DNA of 34,300 nt from an uncultured Flavobacteriaceae bacterium (GTDB lineage: Bacteria > Bacteroidota > Bacteroidia > Flavobacteriales > Flavobacteriaceae): positions 1 through 34,300 of the forward strand of contig CAMZLT010000163.1 in NCBI GenBank assembly GCA_947311745.1, in the 5' to 3' direction. Shown here in pieces: positions 1 through 7,918 of the stretch (position 1 is the first letter of the stretch; every line of letters begins with the position of its first letter). The notes below the pieces were generated by a model. The model was not told the DNA's origin. It was given only the letters and a program-made list of their open reading frames with translations, and made no database searches. The translations under genes were made by a program, and so were the position numbers.

Positions 1-1
1 C

Positions 2-679
2 GGATTTACCAATGTGCAAGTTTGTGGCGATACTAGATTTGATAGAGTTGGTGAAATTACCAAAATGGATAATCGTTTAGAAAAAATAGAAAATTTTATA
101 AATCCTACTTCCGATTTTACGCTAATTGCAGGAAGTACTTGGCAAAAAGATACCGAAATTTTAATAGATTATATAAATAATCATGCTACTGATTCGGAGC
201 AATTTATTATTGCTCCTCATACTATGGATGCTGTTAAATTAGCACAATTTAAAGAGTTAATAACTAAAAATGTATCGTATTATACCGATGACAAAATATC
301 CAATAAATCACAAGTGCTAATTATAGATACTATTGGTATTTTAAATAAAATTTACTCCTATGGTACAGTTGCCTATGTTGGTGGAGGTTTTGGAGCAGGA
401 ATTCATAATATTTTAGAACCAGCTACCTTTGGTTTGCCAATAATTATTGGTAAAAATTACCAAAAATTTCAAGAGGCAAAAGATTTAATTGCATTGAAAG
501 CTTGTTTTTCTATTTCGGATAAAAAAGAATTTGTTACATGTATGCAACAACTTAAAATCCCTTCTTTTTTATCCAAATCAAGCAAGACAGCAAGGGAGTA
601 TATTTTTAAAAATATTGGAGGAACATATTGTATATTAGGTTATATTAAAAAAATAATAGTAACTTTACCATTAAACTAA
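2..679 (+). CDS. waaA: 3-deoxy-D-manno-octulosonic-acid (Kdo) transferase, C-terminal part; 5' end lies outside the window
   Basis: The frame is open from nt 2, with no stop before the track's GTG at 14, so the gene is cut by the window edge. Motifs match the C-terminal half of WaaA/KdtA: GDTRFDRV, STWQKDTEIL, FIIAPHT, LIIDTIGIL..IYSYG..AYVGGGFG.GIHNILEPA..G.P. Confidence 0.8.
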   Translation, partial: GFTNVQVCGDTRFDRVGEITKMDNRLEKIENFINPTSDFTLIAGSTWQKDTEILIDYINNHATDSEQFIIAPHTMDAVKLAQFKELITKNVSYYTDDKISNKSQVLIIDTIGILNKIYSYGTVAYVGGGFGAGIHNILEPATFGLPIIIGKNYQKFQEAKDLIALKACFSISDKKEFVTCMQQLKIPSFLSKSSKTAREYIFKNIGGTYCILGYIKKIIVTLPLN

Positions 680-685
680 ATTACC

Positions 686-1318
686 ATGCACGAAAAATTA
701 CAAGATTACTTTAGCGTTATTTTTGAAGAAGAACTGCTTCGAGAAATTGAAAAATATGGCAAATTAGTAAAACTAAAAAAAGACGATTTACTAATTGATG
801 TTGGTAACTTAATTAAAGAAGTACCTTTATTACTAAACGGAGCAGTTAAAATTGTTCGTGAGGATAAAAAAGGCGATGAAATTGTATTGTATTTTTTAGA
901 GCGAGGCGATACTTGTGCAATTTCGTTTGTTAACTGCTTAAACAATGCAAAAAGTAAGGTTCGAGGTGTTGCCGAAAAAGATTCCGAGGCTATTTATCTA
1001 CCAGTAAAAAAATTGGAAGAATGGATGGGTAAATACAAAACTTGGCGTGAATTTGTAATTGAAAGCTATAGTTCAAGATTGGATGAAATGATTGAAGCGA
1101 TTGATACACTTGCTTTTATGAAAATGGATAAGCGTTTATTTAAATACCTATCTGATAAAGTGAAGATTATGCGTGATACAACTTTACATACAACACATCA
1201 CCAGATAGCATTAGATTTAAATACTTCACGAGTGGTGGTTTCTAGATTATTAAAACAACTAGAAAACGAGAAAAAAATAAAATTATACCGTAATAAAATA
1301 GAAGTTTTGGAGTTTTAG
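686..1318 (+). CDS. Crp/Fnr family transcriptional regulator
   Basis: 210 aa. The N-terminal part looks like a cNMP-binding beta-roll (GD.IVLYFLERGDTCA). The C-terminal part is a winged HTH (HQIALDLNTSRVVVSRLLKQLENEKKI). It starts 7 nt after the waaA stop. Confidence 0.8.
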   Translation: MHEKLQDYFSVIFEEELLREIEKYGKLVKLKKDDLLIDVGNLIKEVPLLLNGAVKIVREDKKGDEIVLYFLERGDTCAISFVNCLNNAKSKVRGVAEKDSEAIYLPVKKLEEWMGKYKTWREFVIESYSSRLDEMIEAIDTLAFMKMDKRLFKYLSDKVKIMRDTTLHTTHHQIALDLNTSRVVVSRLLKQLENEKKIKLYRNKIEVLEF

Positions 1319-1337
1319 CAGCCAAAACATCTAGTTA

Positions 1338-1353
1338 TGTAACAAATATTACA
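1338..1353 (+). promoter_or_regulatory. Candidate CRP/FNR-type operator, TGTAA-N6-TTACA, upstream of yeeE
   Basis: Perfect 5-6-5 palindrome TGTAACAAATATTACA, 20 nt after the Crp/Fnr stop and 53 nt before the yeeE ATG. It has the geometry of the CRP box TGTGA-N6-TCACA. A near -7 box, AAATTTTG, lies at 1360-1367. Confidence 0.4.
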
Positions 1354-1405
1354 AACCTAAAATTTTGTTTCTATAAATTTGAGTACTAACTAAAAATCAA
1401 ATTTT

Positions 1406-1966
1406 ATGGAATTTTTAACCCAACCTTGGGCATGGTACGTCTCTGGACCACTTATTGCCTTATCTATGTTTTTAATGTTTTATTTTGGTAAACGATTAGG
1501 AATTTCTTCTAATCTTGAAAATATGTGTTCTGTTGTCGGAGCAGGTAGATTAGTCGATTATTTTAAATTTGATTGGAAAAAAAATAATTGGAATTTAGCG
1601 TTTATGTTTGGTTTGATTTTAGGCGGATTTTTAGCTACAAATTATTTAACTCCAGACACAAACATTCAACTAAACCCAAATACTGTAGAACATCTACAAG
1701 AACTAAATTTTAAAGAAGTAGGAAATACCTACCTACCTTCCGAAATTTTCAGTATGGAATCTGTTTTAAGTATAAAAGGGTTTTCTATTTTATTACTTGC
1801 AGGATTGTTAGTAGGATTCGGAGCAAGATATGCTGGAGGTTGTACTTCTGGTCATGCAATTGTTGGCCTTAGTATGTTAGAATTGCCGTCGTTAATTGCA
1901 GTTATTGGTTTTTTTATTGGTGGTTTAACCATGACTTGGTTTATTTTACCAGTAATCTTTAAATAA
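1406..1966 (+). CDS. YeeE/YedE family sulfur-compound (thiosulfate-type) transporter subunit
   Basis: 186 aa polytopic membrane protein carrying the family signature GGCTSGH. Confidence 0.75.
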   Translation: MEFLTQPWAWYVSGPLIALSMFLMFYFGKRLGISSNLENMCSVVGAGRLVDYFKFDWKKNNWNLAFMFGLILGGFLATNYLTPDTNIQLNPNTVEHLQELNFKEVGNTYLPSEIFSMESVLSIKGFSILLLAGLLVGFGARYAGGCTSGHAIVGLSMLELPSLIAVIGFFIGGLTMTWFILPVIFK

Positions 1967-1974
1967 AATTTAGT

Positions 1975-2388
1975 ATGAAATTATTAAAATTCTTTTTTGT
2001 AGGTACGTTTTTCGGAATAATTTTATCAAAATCACAAGCAATTTCGTGGTATCGCATTTACGAAATGTTTCGTTTCGAATCGTTTCATATGTACGGAATA
2101 ATTGGTTCTGCTATTGTAGTAGGGATTATTTTAGTGCAAATAATTAAACAAACAAAACTAAAAAACATCAATGGTGAAGAAGTAGTTTTTACACCAAAAA
2201 AACGAGGTAGGTATCGCAATATTCTTGGAGGTATTATTTTTGGTTTAGGATGGGCTTTAGCAGGAGCTTGTCCAGGACCAATGTATGTATTAGTTGGTCA
2301 AGGTTCAATAGCTATTCTTATTGTGCTTTTTGGTGCAATGTTAGGTGCATTTTTATACCATTTGGTTAAAAAATATTTACCTCATTAA
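1975..2388 (+). CDS. YeeE/YedE-related membrane protein (second half-transporter, DUF6691-like)
   Basis: 137 aa with four hydrophobic segments and a GACPGP motif. It starts 9 nt after the first YeeE-like gene, which is the usual split-pair arrangement. Confidence 0.7.
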   Translation: MKLLKFFFVGTFFGIILSKSQAISWYRIYEMFRFESFHMYGIIGSAIVVGIILVQIIKQTKLKNINGEEVVFTPKKRGRYRNILGGIIFGLGWALAGACPGPMYVLVGQGSIAILIVLFGAMLGAFLYHLVKKYLPH

Positions 2389-2400
2389 TTTTTATAAAAA

Positions 2401-2424
2401 AAGTGTCCGTAAAAACGGACACTT
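2401..2424 (-). terminator. Intrinsic-terminator-like hairpin, oriented for minus-strand transcripts
   Basis: AAGTGTCCGT-AAAA-ACGGACACTT forms a 10-bp stem. The U-run (plus-strand AAAAAA at 2395-2400) follows the hairpin only on the minus strand. Confidence 0.45.
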
Positions 2425-2632
2425 AAAACCGAAATGAATCGGCAAAACTAACAACTATCTTTATATTATGATGCTTACGCAATAATATTAATTTTTATTA
2501 CCATAAATCCGAAAGAATATTTCTACTACAAATCTTATCTACACGTTATTGTTAGCAATGTTTATTTTTCGTAACAAAAACCTTTACTGGTTTATGATAT
2601 TGCAAAAATATGGTAATTTATTTAAATTTTTT

Positions 2633-2660
2633 AGGGTGAAAACACCCTTTTTGCTTTATT
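2633..2660 (+). terminator. Intrinsic terminator oriented for plus-strand transcripts
   Basis: AGGGTG-AAAA-CACCCT followed by TTTTTGCTTTATTTTT. On the minus strand the hairpin is followed by an A-run instead. Confidence 0.5.
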
Positions 2661-2718
2661 TTTAATACTGTTTACCTTTTTATGTTTTAAAAAGATAAAA
2701 GTAAACATAATTTTTTTG

Positions 2719-3957
2719 TTAATTCTGTAAATTAACCGAACTACCAGCACCATAACCTATAACTTTATCGTATCTAGATCCAAATTTATGTAAATAAACC
2801 AATACTTGATATGTGTTTTCTGTTTGAAAAAAAGAACCGTTTATTTCGTTTAAGTCAATAATTCCATCAGTACTTACCGTTGCATAAGTGTAGTTATAAA
2901 ACCCTTGTTTAAATAAAATAGCTGTTTCGTATAATTTTGTTTCCGAATTGTAAACCATTTTGTTTTCTTCAGATAATTGGTAATTATTAAAAGCACCGTA
3001 GACATAAATATCTTTTTTATTAAGGTTATCGTAATCTAAAAATAAATGTGTTTTGGTATATTCGGATTCAATGGATATGGTTTCGGTATTTAAACTTCTT
3101 ACAACAAAATTTCCGTTAATATCAGGATAATAAGTATATGGTTTTTTAGCTCGTGTTTCATCTACATACAACCTACTATGATAAATATCGTCTAAAACTA
3201 CACGGCGGATATTATTAGTTGCAGTACGCACATCTTTAGTGTCAAAAAATAAATACTCATTTCCACCAAAAAAAGTAGTTTTATCACCATATTTATAAAT
3301 TAGTTGGTTATTTCTATAAAATTGAGGTTGCAAATCAGTTATTACAGTATTCCAATCCATGTTTTGATACAAGGCAACTTTAATTTCTGCACTAGGGTTA
3401 TTAATTAATAAATTTTCGTGATGTATTGTAAATTCAACATTTTGCTTTGTGTTAATTCCTGTGATTTTTCTTGCTTTATGGACGCTAACTCCTACATTTG
3501 TAATTGGCTGGTAAACAATAAAACGTCTTGTAAAAACAACTTCCTCATATTCGTTTAAAACCGAAAGAATATAATTACCAGATATTTTTAAACGTACATA
3601 TTGATTAGGAATTCTAAGTTCGTAATGGGTATAGTTTTGATATGTATTAAACGAATTTTCAAATTCTCTAATACTGCCATCCGCAAAACCAGAGGTGTAT
3701 TCTGTTGGTGATAATTCAGAATCTTTCCAATTGTACGTGCAATGTGTAATTTTATAAGAATAGTCCTTTTGATCGCCTTCTAAATCATCAAATTTTAAAA
3801 TAATTGGTTCGCCTAGTTTTATAATTGGTAAATATGTATTTGCTTTAAAAGGTCTGATTTGTACAGATTTTATATAATCAGGTTCTTGTTTTTCTAAATC
3901 GCTTTGCGAAAAAGAAAAAATTGAAAGAAAAAAAAGAGAATATAAAAAATGTTTCAT
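2719..3957 (-). CDS. DUF5103-like secreted protein (family now annotated as T9SS plug protein)
   Basis: 412 aa. Sec signal peptide with SFS|Q cleavage context. The beta-rich, Tyr/Asn-rich sequence resembles flavobacterial DUF5103 proteins. The family assignment is from memory, not a search. Confidence 0.5.
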   Translation of the reverse strand: MKHFLYSLFFLSIFSFSQSDLEKQEPDYIKSVQIRPFKANTYLPIIKLGEPIILKFDDLEGDQKDYSYKITHCTYNWKDSELSPTEYTSGFADGSIREFENSFNTYQNYTHYELRIPNQYVRLKISGNYILSVLNEYEEVVFTRRFIVYQPITNVGVSVHKARKITGINTKQNVEFTIHHENLLINNPSAEIKVALYQNMDWNTVITDLQPQFYRNNQLIYKYGDKTTFFGGNEYLFFDTKDVRTATNNIRRVVLDDIYHSRLYVDETRAKKPYTYYPDINGNFVVRSLNTETISIESEYTKTHLFLDYDNLNKKDIYVYGAFNNYQLSEENKMVYNSETKLYETAILFKQGFYNYTYATVSTDGIIDLNEINGSFFQTENTYQVLVYLHKFGSRYDKVIGYGAGSSVNLQN

Positions 3958-4229
3958 GGGTTTGTTTTATTATTTTAATGGTATATGAAACTAGTAAACA
4001 ATTATTTTTTTGGTGTCAAAATTTGTTATACTTGTTTCATAACTTAAGTATAAACAAAATTAATGCCGTAAAAATACAAAATTCATAACGAAAAAAGATT
4101 TGCGAGATTTTATTATCTAAAAAAATTTAAAATTTAGTACAGATCTTTTGAAATAAAGTAGTGATGTCAAATCACCATTCTGTAACTGTTGGTGTTTTGA
4201 ATTTGATGTTAAGTTATCATTAAATAAAA

Positions 4230-4940
4230 TTACTGTAATATAGTTTTTCCTTGAATTTGATTTTCGGAAATAAAACCATAATATCTTGAATCTCTAGAAT
4301 GATGTCTATTATCTCCTAGAACAAAATAATAATTTTGTTTAAAAAAATACTGCTTGTTTAATATATCTATAGAATCTAAATTTTTACTTTCTATATTTAA
4401 AATTATAGATTTGTATATGTTATAATTATTTTTGTTTATAACTATAGATTTTCCTTTTTTCGGAATCCATATTGGACCAAAATTATCTAAAGTCCAATTA
4501 GTATTTTTTATTTTTTGCTTAGAAATTATTTTTTTAAAATTAAAATTTTTAGAATTTTTTAATTCTAAATTTGAAATGTTTTTGATCATATTAAGATTGC
4601 TTATGGTATCAAAAAAAGTATAATCAAAAGTTAAATTAGGTAAATCATTAATGACTTTATCATTAATATAAATTTTTGTGTTTTTTATTTGTAAAACATC
4701 ATTAGGTAAGCCTATAATTCTTTTTATAATATCTGTTTTTTTATTACTTGAATTTAAGAAAATAATAATATCATTTCTTTTAAAATTTGCTGTTACTTTA
4801 TTAATAAAAACCAAATCGTTTACATATAGTGTGTTTTGCATTGATTTTGAAGATACCATATAAAAACCAATAAATATATTTTTTATTATAATCAATAAAA
4901 AAAGAAAAAACACCACATATTTAAGCAGTTTTGACACCAA
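4230..4940 (-). CDS. Signal peptidase I (S26 family), short paralog, last gene of the peptide operon
   Basis: 236 aa. It has an N-terminal TM anchor, a Ser box (SKSMQNTL), a Lys box (KRIIGLPND) and box E (GDNRHHSRDSRYYGFI). The only starts that keep the TM anchor are TTG (4938-4940) or GTG (4935-4937), directly abutting the TAA of the upstream gene (4941-4943). Confidence 0.85.
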   Translation of the reverse strand: MVSKLLKYVVFFLFLLIIIKNIFIGFYMVSSKSMQNTLYVNDLVFINKVTANFKRNDIIIFLNSSNKKTDIIKRIIGLPNDVLQIKNTKIYINDKVINDLPNLTFDYTFFDTISNLNMIKNISNLELKNSKNFNFKKIISKQKIKNTNWTLDNFGPIWIPKKGKSIVINKNNYNIYKSIILNIESKNLDSIDILNKQYFFKQNYYFVLGDNRHHSRDSRYYGFISENQIQGKTILQ

Positions 4941-5822
4941 TTAATTACTAACTATTAATATTCGTACTCTTTGGTCTAAAGGATTAACTTTTTTTGTGTT
5001 AGATATTGGTTTATATCCTTGACCTTCATAAGAAAGTTGCTTTGCATCGATACCACGATCAATTAAATAATCATAAACGTACTTTGCTCTTAATGTTGAT
5101 AATTTTATAAAATAATTTTTATAAAATTTAGCAAGTTTATGTTTTGTAACAGAAATTTTTCTTGCACCAACGAAACCAATTAATTTAATTTTTATGTTTT
5201 TATCGTATTTTAAGCTATAAAAAAGATGATTTAGATATTGTTTAGATTTTTGAATAATAACGATTTGCCCTTGATTAAATAAAATATCTTCTAAATAATC
5301 CCCTTTTTTTTTCGTTTCAAAAAGATTTTTCCATTTGTTTACAATTTTTACAACTTTATTATTTTCACTTTTTTTATTTATTGTTAAATCCAATTGCTTC
5401 TTTTTTTTTGTAAAAGACTTTAATTTGATTGTTACATTTCGGTTTTGTTTTCTTTTGAAATTGATATTTTTCTTATCTAATATTGGGACTTTGCCAATAT
5501 CAAACCTACTAATTTCTATTTTTTTATTTGTATATTTTTTTATTAATTTAATGATATATTCATTCCGATTTTTTGCTAAATTTTTGTTGTATTTTTCACT
5601 TCCTATATCATCGCAAAAAGCATAAACACTAATAGAATCTTTATTGTTTATATTTGATATAAATTTAATCAAATTTGCTTTTTCGTTACTATTAATATTA
5701 CTTTTATTATATTCAAAATATACTTTTAAAGTAGTTTCAGTTTGACTAAATGTTAAATTAATTGTCAATATTAACAATCCTAATATCTTATATGCTGTTT
5801 TGTAAATATTTTTTTGCATCAT
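4941..5822 (-). CDS. Secreted protein with two OmpA_C-like (peptidoglycan-binding) domains
   Basis: 293 aa with signal peptide ..LTFS|QTE. Domain 1: VYFEYNKS...VYAFCDDIGSEKYNKNLAKNRNEYI. Domain 2: GFVGA...LSTLRAKYVYDYLIDRGIDAKQLSYEGQGY...NPLDQRVRILI. It overlaps the upstream gene by 35 nt. Confidence 0.7.
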   Translation of the reverse strand: MMQKNIYKTAYKILGLLILTINLTFSQTETTLKVYFEYNKSNINSNEKANLIKFISNINNKDSISVYAFCDDIGSEKYNKNLAKNRNEYIIKLIKKYTNKKIEISRFDIGKVPILDKKNINFKRKQNRNVTIKLKSFTKKKKQLDLTINKKSENNKVVKIVNKWKNLFETKKKGDYLEDILFNQGQIVIIQKSKQYLNHLFYSLKYDKNIKIKLIGFVGARKISVTKHKLAKFYKNYFIKLSTLRAKYVYDYLIDRGIDAKQLSYEGQGYKPISNTKKVNPLDQRVRILIVSN

Positions 5823-6267
5823 TTATTTTTAAATCATTTACTTTTAAATAAAAATTAACTTTTCCGTTTTTAATATGTAATAATAACGGCTTACTCACAC
5901 CTGATTTATACTTATAAATTGTAGAGTTTAGATCATATATTTTAGGAATATTCAAATTATCAATTTGATTTTTAAATCTAGAGTTATGACTCATTCCGAC
6001 TATAATAAGTAGTATGTTTTTTTTGGGGTTAAGCGACTGCAACATTTTTAACTCAAGATTTGTTCCATTGCAACTAACACATTCATTTACTGGTAAAAAA
6101 TAAAAAACTCTGTTTTTTTCATTACTTAATTCAATATTAAATTCCTTTTTTAAATATTTCTCAATTCCTTTTATGTGTTTATACTCCTTTTTTTCATTAC
6201 ATGAAGTTACGAAAAGAATATTAATTATCAACAATAATAGTACCTTCTCTAATATTATTTTTTTCAT
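5788..6267 (-). CDS. Thioredoxin-fold lipoprotein with CxxC motif (putative thiol-disulfide oxidoreductase)
   Basis: 159 aa. Lipobox is FVTS|C (Cys23). The fold order fits a TlpA/DsbE-like layout: beta-strand VFYFLP, then C63-V-S-C66 (nt 6070-6081) at a helix N-terminus, later SKP-LLLHIKNGKV (cis-Pro plus beta-strand). It overlaps the upstream gene by 47 nt. Confidence 0.6.
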   Translation of the reverse strand: MKKIILEKVLLLLIINILFVTSCNEKKEYKHIKGIEKYLKKEFNIELSNEKNRVFYFLPVNECVSCNGTNLELKMLQSLNPKKNILLIIVGMSHNSRFKNQIDNLNIPKIYDLNSTIYKYKSGVSKPLLLHIKNGKVNFYLKVNDLKINDAKKYLQNSI

Positions 6268-6688
6268 TTTTTTCTTTTAATCCTTTTTTTATTTTAATTA
6301 TAAGTTTATAATTATAAACACCTTTTTCTTTAAAAATATAACTACCATATTTTTTATTATAAAGAGGAATACTATGAATTACCATTCCTGATTCTAAGTT
6401 TATAGGATAAATTCTATTAAAATTTACCAAAGTGTTATTAATGTATAAAAACCAAGACCATTTTTTTCTATTTGCAGCAATATTACCTTTGTTTCCTATT
6501 GCTATTTTTGGAATAATTCGTTGTCCAACTTTTGCAATAGAATCTATTTCTATTTTATGTACATATAAATCTACATACTTAATTTTTGTATTAATTATTA
6601 CTTCGTCTAAATCTATACGTTCCGTTTTAAATTGTGAATATACTTTACTATTTAACAAAAAAAATACTATAAATATTAATCTAAACAT
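6221..6688 (-). CDS. Secreted CARDB-like beta-sandwich protein
   Basis: 155 aa with signal peptide ..KVYS|QFK. The pattern DLYVHKIEI....VGQRI.PKIAIGNKGNIAA....WSWFLYINNTLV......L.SG........F.EKGVYNYKLII fits the CARDB/Ig-like repeat logic. Its start lies 1 nt after the upstream stop. Confidence 0.5.
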   Translation of the reverse strand: MFRLIFIVFFLLNSKVYSQFKTERIDLDEVIINTKIKYVDLYVHKIEIDSIAKVGQRIIPKIAIGNKGNIAANRKKWSWFLYINNTLVNFNRIYPINLESGMVIHSIPLYNKKYGSYIFKEKGVYNYKLIIKIKKGLKEKNEKNNIREGTIIVDN

Positions 6689-6689
6689 A

Positions 6690-7913
6690 TTAATTAATTT
6701 TTTTTATTTTATAAACGTACTTTAAACTAAAATATTTTTTATTATCATCGAAATTAGTATGTTGATTAGAAAACATAAAAAAACCATCCGAAGTAGGAAC
6801 CAATTTATTGTACATATGATAAGGAAATAAATATTCGCCAACATAATTGAAATTTTTATCAAAAAAAATTAATATAGCATCTTTTTCGAATATATCATTG
6901 TATAATTCATTTTCGTTTAATGCTAATTGTCTGTCTAAATATAATCTTGAATAAAGTTTTACTTTAGTGTGATAAAAAAAATCACTATAATATGGTGTAG
7001 ATAAATACATTTCCTTATTTTTTTCTACATCTGTAGAATAAATAGGTTTCATAGGTAGATTAATTTTTTTTGAATATTTACACATTGCTTTAAACTCTCC
7101 TCCAAACTTGTTATGAATATAATAATATATTTTATGGTTTACTTTATAATTAACAAAAATTGTATCACCAACAAAAATTAAATTTTTATAGGATAAATAA
7201 TTATTTCCAAAAGTATAATCTCCTTTATATCTGTACATTCCTTCTTGCTTTCCGAAAAATTCTTTCCAATTATTATTATAGATGTCAAACACTCCAATTG
7301 TTGAAGTGTTCTTAAAGCCTTTTAATAAATGAGAATCAAAAGGTTCAATGCCCAAATAAATAGAACTATCAATTTTGTTATAATATAAATTATTAAAATC
7401 AACATTAAAATTAACATCATTAAACCCTTCCGTATTAGTTCTATTATTAAAAAAACTATTTTCTGTTTTAAATAGTATTTTATTTAGTTTACTTTCTTTT
7501 ACAATTTTATTTTCATTAATATTTATAAGAAATATTTTTGTAGGAAAATCTTGTGCAACGACTAAAGTGCTGTCGTTTATAAAATCAAAAGATTTGATAT
7601 TACCATTTACTTTATTTGGTAATTCAATTTTAGAAATTAATGCTTTATTTGTATTTAACAAAGCCATTTTATTAGATTTATAAATATAATAAAACAAAGA
7701 ATCGTTAATTAGTTTATGAACATATGACGAAATTGGTAAGCCTTTTGAATTAGCAAAAATACTATCTGTTAATTTTAAAGTATATATATTTTTCTTTGCT
7801 TTTAATAACAAAACATCAGACTTTATATTATTGTTTACAATATATTCTGAATCTAGTTTGTTCTTTTTACAAGAAAAACTAATCATAATAATTAAATAAA
7901 TTATTTTTTTCAT
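6690..7913 (-). CDS. Large lipoprotein, DUF4221 / 6-bladed beta-propeller-like (function unknown)
   Basis: The ORF is open to a GTG at 7940. The ATG at 7911-7913 gives a canonical lipoprotein leader, MKKIIYLIIMISFS|C. The ~400-aa Asn/Tyr/Phe-rich beta-type sequence has recurring hydrophobic-strand/turn periodicity (..ILIFFDKNFNYVGEY.., ..TSDGFFMF..). This resembles Bacteroidetes propeller lipoproteins. The gene itself is solid; the family is a guess. Confidence 0.55.
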   Translation of the reverse strand: MKKIIYLIIMISFSCKKNKLDSEYIVNNNIKSDVLLLKAKKNIYTLKLTDSIFANSKGLPISSYVHKLINDSLFYYIYKSNKMALLNTNKALISKIELPNKVNGNIKSFDFINDSTLVVAQDFPTKIFLININENKIVKESKLNKILFKTENSFFNNRTNTEGFNDVNFNVDFNNLYYNKIDSSIYLGIEPFDSHLLKGFKNTSTIGVFDIYNNNWKEFFGKQEGMYRYKGDYTFGNNYLSYKNLIFVGDTIFVNYKVNHKIYYYIHNKFGGEFKAMCKYSKKINLPMKPIYSTDVEKNKEMYLSTPYYSDFFYHTKVKLYSRLYLDRQLALNENELYNDIFEKDAILIFFDKNFNYVGEYLFPYHMYNKLVPTSDGFFMFSNQHTNFDDNKKYFSLKYVYKIKKIN

Positions 7914-7918
7914 AAATT

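Noticed and set aside
4161-4175. Hairpin GTGAT-GTCAA-ATCAC as the terminator of the peptide operon
   Set aside because: It has only a 5-bp stem and an interrupted U-tract on the minus strand, which is too weak to call. The operon's real 3' end needs transcript mapping.
4432-6725. Plus-strand ORFs inside the island (4432-4623, 4678-4863, 5335-5625, 6432-6725)
   Set aside because: These are shadow ORFs antisense to the operon genes. Their Phe/Leu/Ile-rich translations are what poly-T/A-rich antisense DNA gives. None has a start context or a motif.
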